DNA of 64,000 bases from Candidatus Poribacteria bacterium (GTDB lineage: Bacteria > Poribacteria > WGA-4E > PCPOR2b). The notes under the pieces are model-generated. The model did not search any database. It saw only the letters and a program-made list of their open reading frames with translations, and was not told where the DNA came from. Numbering within the stretch: position 1 is the first letter of the stretch; the number at the start of each line of letters is the position of its first letter. Positions 10,151-21,400 of this stretch are shown here, piece by piece. Where the stretch lies: contig OZ241983.1 in NCBI GenBank assembly GCA_965204355.1, positions 291,913-355,912 on the forward strand, read 5' to 3'. Position numbers and translations under genes: made by a program.

Positions 10151-10300
10151 GGAGTTCGCTAGAGCGTGTTGACACTTTGGTATCGCCAAGTTGGTAAGCG
10201 CGGGAATTATTGAGCGATTCATCAAAGATCAAGGCGACTGTCCGAAGCCATCTCAAGACGTATCAAATGGGGTTAATTTGTCAAAATGGCACACAAAATC

Positions 10301-10327
10301 TAACAGAATTTAACAGAATTTAACACT
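10301..10327. repeat. Short tandem repeat (TAACAGAATT) x2.5
   Basis: taacagaatt taacagaatt taacact. Confidence 0.6.
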
Positions 10328-10489
10328 TTTTACAAAAATTCTATAGAATCTCTGTTGTGAGTTGATCGGTCAACTAGATCCGTAGATTGAGATTTATATC
10401 TCAACCCACGAATGCTGATTGCCAGGGTACAAGGCACAAACAATTCTTTAATATGAATTACGCGACTCTTTCAGTGTGAGCGTCTGGTG

Positions 10490-11416
10490 TTAGTACCCCA
10501 ATAACTCAATTCCTTCCCGATACGTCTGAGCCGATGTTTGCAACGCTTGAATTTCATCGTCGGTCAATTCGACTTCAATAATCCCCTCTACGCCGTCTGC
10601 TCCCAGCTTAATTGGAACGCCGATATAGAGGTCGTTGATACCGAACTGTCCAGTTAGGTGTGCCGCGCAGGGGATGAGCCGTTTTTTGTCACGGATAATT
10701 GCATCCGCCATCTGGGCAAGTGAGGCACCCGCTGCGTAGTAACCACTTGTCTTCAATAGGTCAACCACTTCTGCGCCGCCATCTCGTGTGCGCTGTGCCA
10801 TTTCCTCAATTCGCTCCGCAGATATGAGTTGCGTAATTGGGATTCCGCCGACAGTTGTGTAACGTGGTAGGGGCACCATCGTATCTCCATGTCCTCCCAT
10901 CACAAGGGCGCTGATGTCTTCAACAGACACACCCAGTTCAAGGGAGATGAAATAACGGAAGCGCGCTGAATCGAGTATACCCGCCTGGCCGACCACACGG
11001 TTGGACGGGAATCCAGAAACCTTCCACGCGTGGTAGGTCATGATGTCCAACGGGTTGGTCAACATCACGATAATACAGTCTGGCGAGTGTTTTACAACAT
11101 TTTCGGTAACGCTGCCAACGATGTTCGCGTTTGTTTGCAACAGGTCTTCGCGGGTCATTCCGGGCTTACGAGGCGATCCAGAAGTGATAATCACCACGTC
11201 GGATCCCGCTGTTTCTTCGTAACCTGTTGAGCCTGTGACACTTGCATCGAACATTTCAACGGGTGATGCCTGTGCCATATCCAAACTTTTGCCTTGTGGG
11301 ACGCCATCAATGATATCGACCATCACGATGTCGCCGAGCTGTTTTTGTGCGATGAATAGTGCGGCGGTTGCGCCGACGTTCCCAGCACCAATTACACTAA
11401 TTTTTTTTCGAGCCAT
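10490..11416 (-). CDS. mdh: Malate dehydrogenase (LDH-like)
   Basis: GAGNVG, PRKPGMTREDL, TNPLD, LDSARFR, GGHGD. Confidence 0.95.
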   Translation of the reverse strand: MARKKISVIGAGNVGATAALFIAQKQLGDIVMVDIIDGVPQGKSLDMAQASPVEMFDASVTGSTGYEETAGSDVVIITSGSPRKPGMTREDLLQTNANIVGSVTENVVKHSPDCIIVMLTNPLDIMTYHAWKVSGFPSNRVVGQAGILDSARFRYFISLELGVSVEDISALVMGGHGDTMVPLPRYTTVGGIPITQLISAERIEEMAQRTRDGGAEVVDLLKTSGYYAAGASLAQMADAIIRDKKRLIPCAAHLTGQFGINDLYIGVPIKLGADGVEGIIEVELTDDEIQALQTSAQTYREGIELLGY

Positions 11417-11492
11417 TCGTTTTTCCTATGGTAGTACAGATAAAACACTGTGGTAATAAGTTGCTACTGATTGCTATGCGCTCTCCAAGAAA

Positions 11493-11559
11493 TAATGCGT
11501 AATGCGTAAAAAACTGTCTACGAAATAACAGTGGTTGTGTAGATAATCTTTTACGCATT
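11493..11559. repeat. TAATGCG heptamer / inverted repeat element
   Basis: AATGCGTAAAA (11501-11511) and TTTTACGCATT (11549-11559); related heptamer runs near 39485 and 48893. Confidence 0.5.
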
Positions 11560-11565
11560 GCCAAA

Positions 11566-12774
11566 TCATGCTTCTGCGTTCACATATTCTTCCCACCGCG
11601 CCTCAACACTGGCATCCTCGACGGTCTCCATGATGTAGTCCCCGAATACCTCACTGGTCGCCCCTGTGTTACGTCCGGTCATAACGACCTTGCGCTCATA
11701 CTGTCCGCAGATGTCGAGGGCTTTATGCAGTTTTTGGCCGAGTTCATCGAATCCGATATGTTCAAGCATCATGGCACCTGCACGGATAAGAGAACTTGGA
11801 TCGGCGTACTGTGCCCTTCCCTCTTGCACCATTCGTGGGGCACTCCCGTGGATCGCCTCAAACATGGCAGCCTGTTTACCGATGTTCGCGCTCCCAGCGG
11901 TCCCAACACCGCCCTGAATTTGGGCTGCCTCATCAGTCAAGATATCACCGTAGAGGTTGGGTAGCACAAGCACCTGAAAATCCTGTTGACGCGCTGGATT
12001 GATCAGTGCTGCGGTCATAATATCGATGTACCAACTATCCCACTCAATATCCGGATACCGTTGCGCAATCTGGCGGCCAAAGTCGAGAAATTTGCCGTCG
12101 GTCGTTTTGACGATATTTGCCTTTGTGACAACCGTTACTTTAGTCCTGCCGGTACGTTTTGCGTGGGCAAAGGCTGCCTCGATAATCCGTTCAGACCCTT
12201 GGCTGGTGATAACGCGAAAATCTATGCCCAAGTCATCGGTGACGTTGATACCTTGGCTCCCAAGCGCGTACATATCTTCGGTGTTTTCGCGGAAGAAGGT
12301 CCAGTCAATGTTCTCAGCAGGGACGCGCACCGGACGGACATTGGCGAATAGGTCGAGTGCTTTACGCATAGAGACGTTTGCACTTTCAATATTGGGCCAT
12401 CCATCCCCTTGTTCGGGTGTGTGCGTCGGTCCCTTTAGCGTTACGTGGCATTCCTTGATCTCCTCAAGTACATCGTCCGGTATTGACTGCATCTTTGCGG
12501 CACGGTTTTCAATAGTGAGACCCTCTATTACTCGAAACTCAACTTTCCCACTGTCGACCGCGTCGCGTAGGAGATATTCAAGTACACGCTGGGTTTCAGC
12601 GCTGATTGTTGGTCCGATGCCGTCACCGCCGAGCATGCCGACAATGATGGGCGAAATAGTACTATAATCCGTCCAATCGGGTGCTTGTTTGAGTCTCTCG
12701 ACCCTCTCAAGTTGTTGCTGCAAGACGTTTCCGAAATGTTCTTTTGCGGTCTCAATTGCTTCTGAGTTGACCAA
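11566..12774 (-). CDS. icd: Isocitrate dehydrogenase (isocitrate/isopropylmalate dehydrogenase family)
   Basis: GDGIGP, LKGP, SANVSMRKALDLFANVRP, RENTED, PNLYGDILTD, FEAIHGSAP; TTG start after AGGAG; located between citrate synthase-like gene and mdh. Confidence 0.8.
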   Translation of the reverse strand: MVNSEAIETAKEHFGNVLQQQLERVERLKQAPDWTDYSTISPIIVGMLGGDGIGPTISAETQRVLEYLLRDAVDSGKVEFRVIEGLTIENRAAKMQSIPDDVLEEIKECHVTLKGPTHTPEQGDGWPNIESANVSMRKALDLFANVRPVRVPAENIDWTFFRENTEDMYALGSQGINVTDDLGIDFRVITSQGSERIIEAAFAHAKRTGRTKVTVVTKANIVKTTDGKFLDFGRQIAQRYPDIEWDSWYIDIMTAALINPARQQDFQVLVLPNLYGDILTDEAAQIQGGVGTAGSANIGKQAAMFEAIHGSAPRMVQEGRAQYADPSSLIRAGAMMLEHIGFDELGQKLHKALDICGQYERKVVMTGRNTGATSEVFGDYIMETVEDASVEARWEEYVNAEA

Positions 12775-12929
12775 TCTGGACTCCTTTCTAAAAAAATAAC
12801 GGCTCAAATCTCGTAATGAGACTATAATACCGAACGGCTCCACTGCGAAGCTGGGATAAGCCGGATCACTAAGTGAACTCTTGGGCTTAGGTTTCAGGAA
12901 ATCGAGCGTAAACGCCCACCTATCGTCGT

Positions 12930-14492
12930 TCAATGTGGCGAGAACGCTTCCTCCTGAACCAGTCGATTGTGGGTCGAAACAACCAGATTCGGGATCGTTT
13001 GGTCGCTGCTGTCTGTGGGAATAATCTGGGGGTCGGGGGGAATGACCGGGCGAATAATGTGACGGTCTTGCAACTGTTCCCGTGCATCCATTATCCAACC
13101 AAATCCTCTAAAAATATAGGTAAGCAGCGTTCGATCCAATTCATCGATACCCAACGCTTCTTGAGCCGCCCAACCGCCAAAATCTGTGTTTGGTGTCAAA
13201 CGAAGCGGCGGATCGTTTTCTCGCCCCGGCTTAATCACACCTTCGACAAACGCGATCTGATAGATCCGTTGAATTATACCGAGTCGCTGCTTTTGCTTAT
13301 CGTCAAGGATGAGATCGCCACTATCTATTGCCTGCAAAACGGGTTCGATGTAAATTGCGGGTCTCGGATCTTGCTGAATTTCGTCGACTCTGCCAGCGGC
13401 AGCGATTTCCGGATGACCAAACGTCGGTATCCCTCCCCCTATCACTTCGTTTCGGATGGCTGCTTCACGCTTTTCTGGGGCGAGCTGCTCGAGTGTATTG
13501 ATAAAATGTGTTATGTCATGAATCGCACCGAAATGCCGATCGCCGTCAAGGTTCATGTGAGCAGCGGTCAAGAAGTCGGAAACAGAAGGGGTATGTAACG
13601 TTGCCATATATCGGGCAACCATGTTGGATCCTGCCGATCCGTGGTGGGTTTGTATGATTCCCATGCGTTCTAAGGCCTTGTTCTCGACTTCACTGGCACG
13701 ATGGCCTAGGAGAAGACTGTAGCAGGTCTGAAACGCCGTTTTTCCCGCGTTCTCCTCTTCGGTGATAAGTGCATCCGTTTGGCGGACAAGCTGCTCTATA
13801 GTTAAATTTGCACTCGTTTCTAGCAGACCGCGCATGTAAACTGACATCGCCCCCACAGCGACATTCTCCATATGTGTTCCAATCATTTGGAGTAGAAGGC
13901 GCCCCTCACGCCTTTTGTCGTTCAACCCACGTTCTGGGCTGCGATTTTTCGCTCGATTTGCTTTTCTCAGCGCCGAAAAGTGCTGCATCGTAAGTTCTGG
14001 TCCTGATTCTGGGAATGTCTGAACAAAATTGGCAACCTGCTCGATTAATCTCTTGCTCCCGGCAGCATTTTTTCTGATAACCCTTCTGACTCGATAAAAC
14101 TTACGATTAATCAGTTCCCTAAGCACTGCCACTTCATCGAAACCGTTTTGAGCTTTTTCGGGTCTTCTACCGAACAGACCAACAAAGATTACATACGCAG
14201 GGGCGGGTCCACTGGCAACAATTTCGCTCTCTTGAAGCACACCGCGGAGTCCGAAACTACGGATGTGCAGTGTTATATCTGCGCCATCGCAATCAACTTT
14301 TGCATGATGTAAAACTGGATTCGCAAAGACGTTTGTTGACTGCGGCATGGTGCTAAACGCTGTGAGAGCATTTGTGATGTCCTGTTGATCCAATTGCCCC
14401 GCGCTTTGCAATGCGTTTGTCACCGGGCTGTAGGTTGAGGTTTCAGGGAGCGCTGAAAACATCTTTCTCATGGCTCCTATCTTCTGTGCCAT
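12930..14492 (-). CDS. Divergent citrate synthase-family protein
   Basis: THHGSAGS..AR, GDRHFGA, PTFGH, DPR and PNTDF correspond to the canonical DH, GPLHGGA, GFGH, DPR and PNVDF motifs; upstream of icd-mdh. Confidence 0.75.
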   Translation of the reverse strand: MAQKIGAMRKMFSALPETSTYSPVTNALQSAGQLDQQDITNALTAFSTMPQSTNVFANPVLHHAKVDCDGADITLHIRSFGLRGVLQESEIVASGPAPAYVIFVGLFGRRPEKAQNGFDEVAVLRELINRKFYRVRRVIRKNAAGSKRLIEQVANFVQTFPESGPELTMQHFSALRKANRAKNRSPERGLNDKRREGRLLLQMIGTHMENVAVGAMSVYMRGLLETSANLTIEQLVRQTDALITEEENAGKTAFQTCYSLLLGHRASEVENKALERMGIIQTHHGSAGSNMVARYMATLHTPSVSDFLTAAHMNLDGDRHFGAIHDITHFINTLEQLAPEKREAAIRNEVIGGGIPTFGHPEIAAAGRVDEIQQDPRPAIYIEPVLQAIDSGDLILDDKQKQRLGIIQRIYQIAFVEGVIKPGRENDPPLRLTPNTDFGGWAAQEALGIDELDRTLLTYIFRGFGWIMDAREQLQDRHIIRPVIPPDPQIIPTDSSDQTIPNLVVSTHNRLVQEEAFSPH

Positions 14493-14872
14493 TAAAATCT
14501 CCTTCGTTGAGGGCTGATCAGAACTGGGAGTGTGGGGTGCTGTGGCAGGAATGACTCTTTGCTCAAATTGCTCGTTTGGATAATATACGGTGCTGTAGTT
14601 CTATTGTTGTATGTCTGCGGGTCGTTCATTTCTATTATGAAGGAAAGGGTTCCTCAACGCTTAACTGGCAGATGCTATGTTTGATTAGTAGGTGTTGCGA
14701 TTACAACTCATCAAGAAAAAAGGACTTAGCCAAAAAATGAGGGAGGCACCAATAATTAATACATTGTGAGGAATTCTCAGACCGCTCGATTGGACGAAGC
14801 TAAGTGGTGTATTTGCGGCATACCTATCATCTCAAGTGGCAAGGACAACTGATCGTTCGTTCAATCTACGCT

Positions 14873-14902
14873 ATTGTAGCAAAGGCGTCCCTATAAAGTC
14901 AA
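14873..14902 (-). promoter_or_regulatory. sigma70-type promoter of the citrate synthase-icd-mdh cluster
   Basis: Minus strand TTGACT-N18-TACAAT with TGn extension. Confidence 0.6.
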
Positions 14903-15100
14903 GACAAAACAGGGGAACAGTACAGTAGTAGATGACGATGTAAGTTGTCCTGGGATGTATCAGAAGGAAAGAGAGAATACCGCCGCCAATAGTGCACTAC
15001 TGTGCTAAAAACAGATTAACGGAACAGCGACTTAAACCTTTATCAAGGGTAGTGGAAAAAAGGGGCGAAAGACGGTATACTTTAGTTACCTCTCTTTTGG

Positions 15101-15958
15101 ATGGATACACGAATGGTTAAACAATATTTGTTTGTTGACGAATTGGCTTTCATCTCAGATCGATTGCGTGTTGTTTTTAGTAGTTGTGCAGAGAATGTGG
15201 CATCTCAAGTTTCTTTTAGGGCTGTCCAACAATTCCAGAAGCAGCTCTGTACATGGGAGAATGGCTTCATCAAGCCGCCTACGTCGCTGGTTGCTAATTG
15301 TCATTTGGAGATGTTAAGCGATTTCTACCGACACAGGTTAGACTTCTCTGTCTTTCAAGGGTTTGATATGACCGATCAGGAACTGATTCGGATCGAGATT
15401 GCTGCGTACGCTGCCCGCGAAGCACTTGATGCCCTCATAGGGTATCGGTTACGAAACTGGGCATCAATCGGTTTACAGTCTCCCAAATGGGAACTTTATC
15501 AGAACCTCGTTCAAGATTACTACGAACAGACTGTTTCTCAAGAAAGACGTGAACGGATCGAAGGTGTTGAAGATACACTCACCCAAACGACTGATTGGAC
15601 ATCAACGGAGATTCATGCCAGATGTGTTGGAGAACTGTTTTTTGAGGTGGATGAGATTCGGTTGATGTCTAAGGTTCGGCTAGATAAGTATTTGGAAGGG
15701 ATTTGTCAGCAAAGCGGTGAGCAGAGAGATGAAGGTGGAAGGAGACATCGGCTATTAAGCATGTCTGATGCACTGCAAGACAGTTTTCGGTTCTTCGACT
15801 TGACCTATCCGACTGATCTGAATGAATTGAGGGAACGGTATCGTCAACTTGCGTTGAGCTATCATCCGGATAAAGGCGGGAACCTTGAGCTAATGCAGCG
15901 GCTTAACACTGCGTATCGACAGATTTCAGATTATTTGCGTCAGGTGGAGATGGGCTAG
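15101..15958 (+). CDS. C-terminal DnaJ (J-domain) protein
   Basis: ELRERYRQLALSYHPDKGGNLELMQRLNTAY. Confidence 0.82.
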   Translation: MDTRMVKQYLFVDELAFISDRLRVVFSSCAENVASQVSFRAVQQFQKQLCTWENGFIKPPTSLVANCHLEMLSDFYRHRLDFSVFQGFDMTDQELIRIEIAAYAAREALDALIGYRLRNWASIGLQSPKWELYQNLVQDYYEQTVSQERRERIEGVEDTLTQTTDWTSTEIHARCVGELFFEVDEIRLMSKVRLDKYLEGICQQSGEQRDEGGRRHRLLSMSDALQDSFRFFDLTYPTDLNELRERYRQLALSYHPDKGGNLELMQRLNTAYRQISDYLRQVEMG

Positions 15959-15970
15959 CTCTCATGAGTA

Positions 15971-16623
15971 TCAACCAAATATTGCATCCACGCCCATTTG
16001 GAAATCTATAAGTGTTTCGCTACGGACGGTCTCGCCGAGACCATAGAGACCGCTCGCTCGGATTTCTTCGCTGATAGGCGCAAGACTTCAACCGAGCGGG
16101 TTTCCCGACTGACCAGCCAACACTCTTTGACACCGATCCGTTGGTAATCTATCAATTTTCCGGTTAGCACCTTTTTTGTGTCTGAGGGTGAGAGCACTTC
16201 GATGACTAAATCCGGGGTAATCTCAAGAAGTTGCAGTTCTTCAAGGTCATCAAGACTGGTACCGGGCAGTTTGTCTTTATGGATAAACAACACATCAGGT
16301 TGGCGCGTTCGTAACGGGTCACGTTGGAGGATAATATCAACCGGTGCGAAAAGAACTACGCCCAATTCTTTTGCCCTTACATACTGGTTTAGTGAGGTAA
16401 AAACATTCGCACCTATTATTTGATGGGCCGGTATTGGAGCCGGACTAGGCATCATTTCTCCATCAATGATTTCATACGGGTGATTGAGTTCGGGCATCAG
16501 CAGATAGTCCGCAAGGGTAATTTTCCTTTCTTTCAGTTCTGCCCAAGTAGTCGGTGTTGCTTGCATCGGTTTTCCTCCAATGAGAGGACCAGCAGTCATA
16601 GTTGAGTCACCTTGCTCGTTCAC
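15971..16623 (-). pseudogene. Uma2-family endonuclease with a frameshift near 16050
   Basis: EIIDGEM..PAP..HQ, QPDVLF, PDLVIEVLSPS, YQRIGVKECWLV; the typical C-terminus GLYGLGETVRSETLIDFQMGVDAIFG* lies in another frame. Confidence 0.78.
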
Positions 16624-16666
16624 CTTGATAGATCAATCCATATTTGTCCGGTTTGGATAGGGAATC

Positions 16667-18163
16667 TCACGGCAAATCTGTTGTTCCCATCAGGTATCGA
16701 TCTGTTTCGCGGGCGGCCCCACGTCCTTCTTTGAACGCCCAGACAACCAAGCTCTGCCCACGCCGCATGTCGCCAGCAGCAAATACACCGGGGATACTGG
16801 TCGCATATTTATCCTCTTCCGCTTTGACGTTAGAACGTTCATCGCGCTCGACGTTCAGTTCTTCCAAAATAGTGTCTTCGGGACCAAGGAAGCCCATGGC
16901 TAGTAACACTAGATCAGCGGGCCAAACTTTCTCGGTGCCTTCGATCGGTTTGGGAAAGGGGCGTCCACCGTCCCCCGGAACCCATTCTACCTCGGCGGTA
17001 TGAAGTTCTTTTACATTCCCCTTTTCATCGCCGACGAATTTCATGGTATTGATGAGGTAAATACGCGGATCCTCGCCAAATTTGGCGGCGGCTTCTTCCT
17101 GTCCGTAGTCGAGTTCGTAAACGCGTGGATACTCGGGCCATGGGTTATTAGGCGCACGTTCATCGGGGGGGCGTTCGAGAATTTCAAATTGTGTAAGGCT
17201 TTTGCACCCGTGGCGCATGGAGGTTCCCACACAGTCGGTGCCCGTATCCCCACCGCCGATGACGATGACGTGTTTGTCTTTGGCAGAGATATAGTTTCTA
17301 TCTTCGTGATTAGAATCGAGGAGGCTTTTAGTATTCGCGTGAAGGAATGGCACGGCAAAATGGATGCCTTTGAGATCTCGACCTTCGATAGGGAGATCTC
17401 GCGGCTTGGTGGCGCCACCGCAGAGGACGACTGCATCGAACTTATCAACTAATTCTTTCGCCGAGATATCTTTACCGATTTCTGTGTTGGTGGTGAAAGT
17501 AACCCCTTCTGCTTCCATCAAATCGACGCGGCGTTGAACGACTCTTTCTTTATCCAATTTCATGTTGGGGATGCCATACATCAATAGTCCCCCGATACGA
17601 TCCGCGCGCTCGTAGACCGTGACGAAGTGCCCCGCCCTGTTTAGTTGTGCAGCGCATGAGAGACCCGCCGGACCAGACCCCACGACCGCAACACGTTTAC
17701 CCGTACGTTTGGCGGGCGGTTCAGGAACGATCCAGCCTTCCTCCCAGCCCTTATCGATGATTGAAACTTCGATATTCTTGATTGTCACTGGCGGCTCAAT
17801 CATGCCCAAGACGCAGGCACCCTCGCAAGGTGCCGGGCACACTCGACCTGTGAACTCAGGAAAGTTATTGGTTTTATGCAGCCGCTCCAGTGCCTCTTTC
17901 CACAGACCGCGATAGACGAGGTCATTCCACTCCGGTATCAGATTGTTGATTGGACACCCCGATGCAGCGGGGCTGGTCTCCGGCAATCGCATCCCCGTAT
18001 GACAGAACGGGATGCCACAATCCATGCAACGTGCCCCTTGCGTCTGAAGTTTTTCTACAGTAAAATGTTCGTGAAATTCGTTCCAGTCTTTGATACGTTC
18101 TAGTGGTGAACGATCGGGCGGAAGTTCTCTATCATACTCCATAAATCCGGTTGGTTTTGCCAT
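16667..18163 (-). CDS. gltD: Glutamate synthase small subunit
   Basis: [56 protein letters not shown]. Confidence 0.96.
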   Translation of the reverse strand: MAKPTGFMEYDRELPPDRSPLERIKDWNEFHEHFTVEKLQTQGARCMDCGIPFCHTGMRLPETSPAASGCPINNLIPEWNDLVYRGLWKEALERLHKTNNFPEFTGRVCPAPCEGACVLGMIEPPVTIKNIEVSIIDKGWEEGWIVPEPPAKRTGKRVAVVGSGPAGLSCAAQLNRAGHFVTVYERADRIGGLLMYGIPNMKLDKERVVQRRVDLMEAEGVTFTTNTEIGKDISAKELVDKFDAVVLCGGATKPRDLPIEGRDLKGIHFAVPFLHANTKSLLDSNHEDRNYISAKDKHVIVIGGGDTGTDCVGTSMRHGCKSLTQFEILERPPDERAPNNPWPEYPRVYELDYGQEEAAAKFGEDPRIYLINTMKFVGDEKGNVKELHTAEVEWVPGDGGRPFPKPIEGTEKVWPADLVLLAMGFLGPEDTILEELNVERDERSNVKAEEDKYATSIPGVFAAGDMRRGQSLVVWAFKEGRGAARETDRYLMGTTDLP

Positions 18164-18221
18164 ACTGTCTCCTCGAATCCTATCTTTCCAAGCCTGCTGC
18201 CTTAGCTACGCGGATAGTCTC

Positions 18222-18434
18222 CTAATCAATCCTAAGCGATCGTGTCATGATACAGTCACGATATTCTATGAATTCTTCTTTTTCTTGGGCAGTCAATTCC
18301 TTAATCAGTTTGTCTTTGAAGCGCAACGTCGCGTTTTCCCAGAAGCCAGCACCTAGCTCGGAAATGTCTCTAGTATCAATTTCTTCGTCAGGAATTGATG
18401 CAATTTCACGTAGCCGTTCTTGCGAGATGGTCAT
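18222..18434 (-). CDS. BrnA-antitoxin-like N-terminal fragment (orphan or truncated)
   Basis: MTISQERLREIASIPDEEIDTRDISEL..FWENA and SLRID; SD GAGGAA; lacks the GYQT RHH segment. Confidence 0.5.
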   Translation of the reverse strand: MTISQERLREIASIPDEEIDTRDISELGAGFWENATLRFKDKLIKELTAQEKEEFIEYRDCIMTRSLRID

Positions 18435-18459
18435 TATACTTCCTCATGTCGTTATTGAC

Positions 18460-21400
18460 TCAAGCTGCCTCTTCAGCAGCAACGCCGCGCCGAAACGCTT
18501 CTAGCCAAGCGTCATCTCCCTCAAATCCTTCCGTTTGTGCTTCTTCTAGTGCGTCAAGAATCCGTTTGTAGTCTTGCGGCATGACCTTGACGAATTGGGG
18601 GAGCGTATTCTCCCAGTCCTCCAAAATTTCTAATGCAAGTTCACTACCAGTATACTCAGCGTGCCGCTGAATCATACCCTTGACCTCCGAAACCTCTACC
18701 GGGTCCTCCAAGCGTTCAAGGTCGCACTGTTCCTGATTACAGCGGATATGGAAATCACCATCACGATCAAGTACATAGGCGATTCCACCGGACATCCCAC
18801 CAGCGAAGTTTCGTCCTGTTTTACCGAGAACGACGACTCTGCCACCTGTCATATACTCGCATCCGTGGTCACCTACGGCTTCGACAACAGCGCGGACACC
18901 GCTATTCCGCACACAGAACCGCTCGCCAGCCATGCCACGGATGTAGGCTTCGCCGTTGGTTGCACCATAGAAGGCAACGTTGCCGATAATGATGTTTTCC
19001 TCAGCCTTGAATGTGGATTCTTTGGGAGGATAAACAATCAACTTGCTGCCGCAAAGACCTTTGCCGAAATAGTCATTTGCGTCGCCTTCAAGGCGGAACG
19101 TGACCCCAGGAGGTGTAAATGCACCAAAGGATTGGCCCGCAGATCCTTCAAAACGAATATCAACGGTATCATCGGGCAGCCCCTCGGGACCATGACGCCG
19201 GGTAAGTTCACTGCCCAAAATTGTACCGACAACCCGATTGGTATTCTTGATTGGGAAGGATCCCGCAACCTTTGTCCCATCCCGTAAAGTAGGTTCGCAA
19301 AAATCCAAAAGGACTTCGTTATCTAGTGCCTTGTCCAAACCGTGGTCTTGATCAATTTGGCAGTAGCGACCAATTTCGGGTCCGACTTGAGGTTGGTAGA
19401 GGATTGGTGCAAGATCGATTCCTTTCGCCTTCCAGTGGTCAACCGCCTTTGTCGGCTCAAGTAGGTCGGTGCGACCGATTAGTTCGTTAACCGTTCGAAC
19501 TCCTAACTCCGCCATGATTTCACGCATATCCTGTGCGATGAAATGCATGAAATTCACGACGTGTGATGGGTCTCCCATGAATTTCTCGCGCAGCTCTGGA
19601 TTTTGCGTCGCTACGCCGACCGGACAGGTATCCAGATGGCATACACGCATCATAATACAACCGAGCGTGACCAATGCCGTGGTTGCAAAACCGAACTCTT
19701 CGGCACCCAACAGTGCAGCGACAATAACATCTCGACCGGTTTTAAGTTGCCCATCCGTTTCCACGATAATGCGAGAACGTAGGTTATTTAACACTAAGGT
19801 CTGATGGGTTTCTGCTACGCCGAGCTCCCAAGGCAAGCCAGCGTGTTTAATACTAGTCTGTGGAGAGGCTCCGGTGCCGCCATCAAGTCCGCTGATCAGC
19901 ACGACATCTGCGTGTCCTTTTGCCACACCCGCTGCGATAGTGCCGACACCGACCTCGGATACTAACTTAACGTTGATCCGTGCATGATGGTTCGAGTTTT
20001 TCAGATCATGGATGAGTTGGGCAAGGTCTTCAATCGAATAGATGTCGTGGTGCGGTGGCGGCGAAATTAGCTCAACCCCCGGTGTCGAGTGACGCACCGT
20101 GGCGATCCACGGATAGACTTTTCTACCGGGTAACTCACCACCTTCACCGGGCTTGGCACCTTGTGCCATTTTAATCTGAAGTTCTTGGGCATTTACCAAA
20201 TAGTTGCTCGTGACACCGAATCTACCAGAGGCAACCTGTTTAATCGCGCTGTTTTTAGAATCGCCGTTGGGTTCGAGGAAATACCGCGCTGGGTCCTCTC
20301 CCCCTTCACCGGTATTGCTCTTTCCGCCAATCCGGTTCATCGCAATTGCCAGTGCTTCGTGCGCCTCCTTACTGATGGAACCGTAGGACATCGCACCGCT
20401 CTTGAAACGCCTACAGATTTCTTCAACCGGTTCTACCTCGTCGATTGGAATCGGTTCATTCGGGAACTTCAGTTCCAAAAGCCCACGTAGCGTTGCCATA
20501 TTCTGAGCGTAATCATTAATCAACTTCGCATAGTCTTTATAGACATCATAGTTATTGGTGCGGGCTGCCAATTGCAGTTTATGAATCGTGGCTGGGTTAA
20601 ACAGGTGATATTCGCCATCTTGTCTCCACTGAAAATGACCACCAACATCCAAGGTGCGATTATCAACCGGAATATCTGGAAAGGCGGCGCGGTGACGCAT
20701 CAACGCTTCACGAGCGATAACATCAAGTCCAACCCCTTCTACGCGAGTCTCTGTCCAAGTAAAGTAACGGTCAACAACCTCTTGCTTGATGCCAATCGCT
20801 TCAAAGATTTGCGCCCCTCGATACGACTTGATGGTTGAAATTCCCATCTTCGCCATGACCTTGACCACGCCTTTGGTCGCTGATTTGATGTATCCCTTGA
20901 CGGCATCTTTATATCCAATATCTGTCAGTTGTCCTTCGGCGATCATGTCTGCTAGGCTCTCAAACGCCATGTACGGATTAACCGCTTGGACGCCATACCC
21001 GGTGAGCAGGCAGAAATGATGCACTTCCCGCGGTTCACCCGATTCAAGTGCAATACCGACTTTCGTGCGTGTGCCACGCCGGATCAGATGGTGGTGGAGA
21101 CCCGAAACAGCCAACAGTGCCGGGATAGGTGCAGACTTTTCATTGACGCCCCGGTCAGACAAGATGATAATGGTATATCCCTCGTCGATCGCACGGTCAG
21201 CAGCTTCAAAGAGATCGTCCATCGCTGTTTCAAGACCGCCTTCTCCATCGGCAACATTAAACAGGATGGGAAGCGTCGTAGATTTGAATCCCGGTTGATC
21301 GACCTGGCGCAGCTGCTCTAGCTCCTCATCCGAAATAACTGGGGTATCGAGGCGAATCTGACGACAACTCTCCGGCTCCGGCACGAGCAGGTTACGTTCA

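Noticed and set aside
12775-13098. N-terminal extension of the 510-aa icd ORF
   Set aside because: It overlaps the citrate synthase gene; an SD and TTG at 12774 give a normal-length enzyme.
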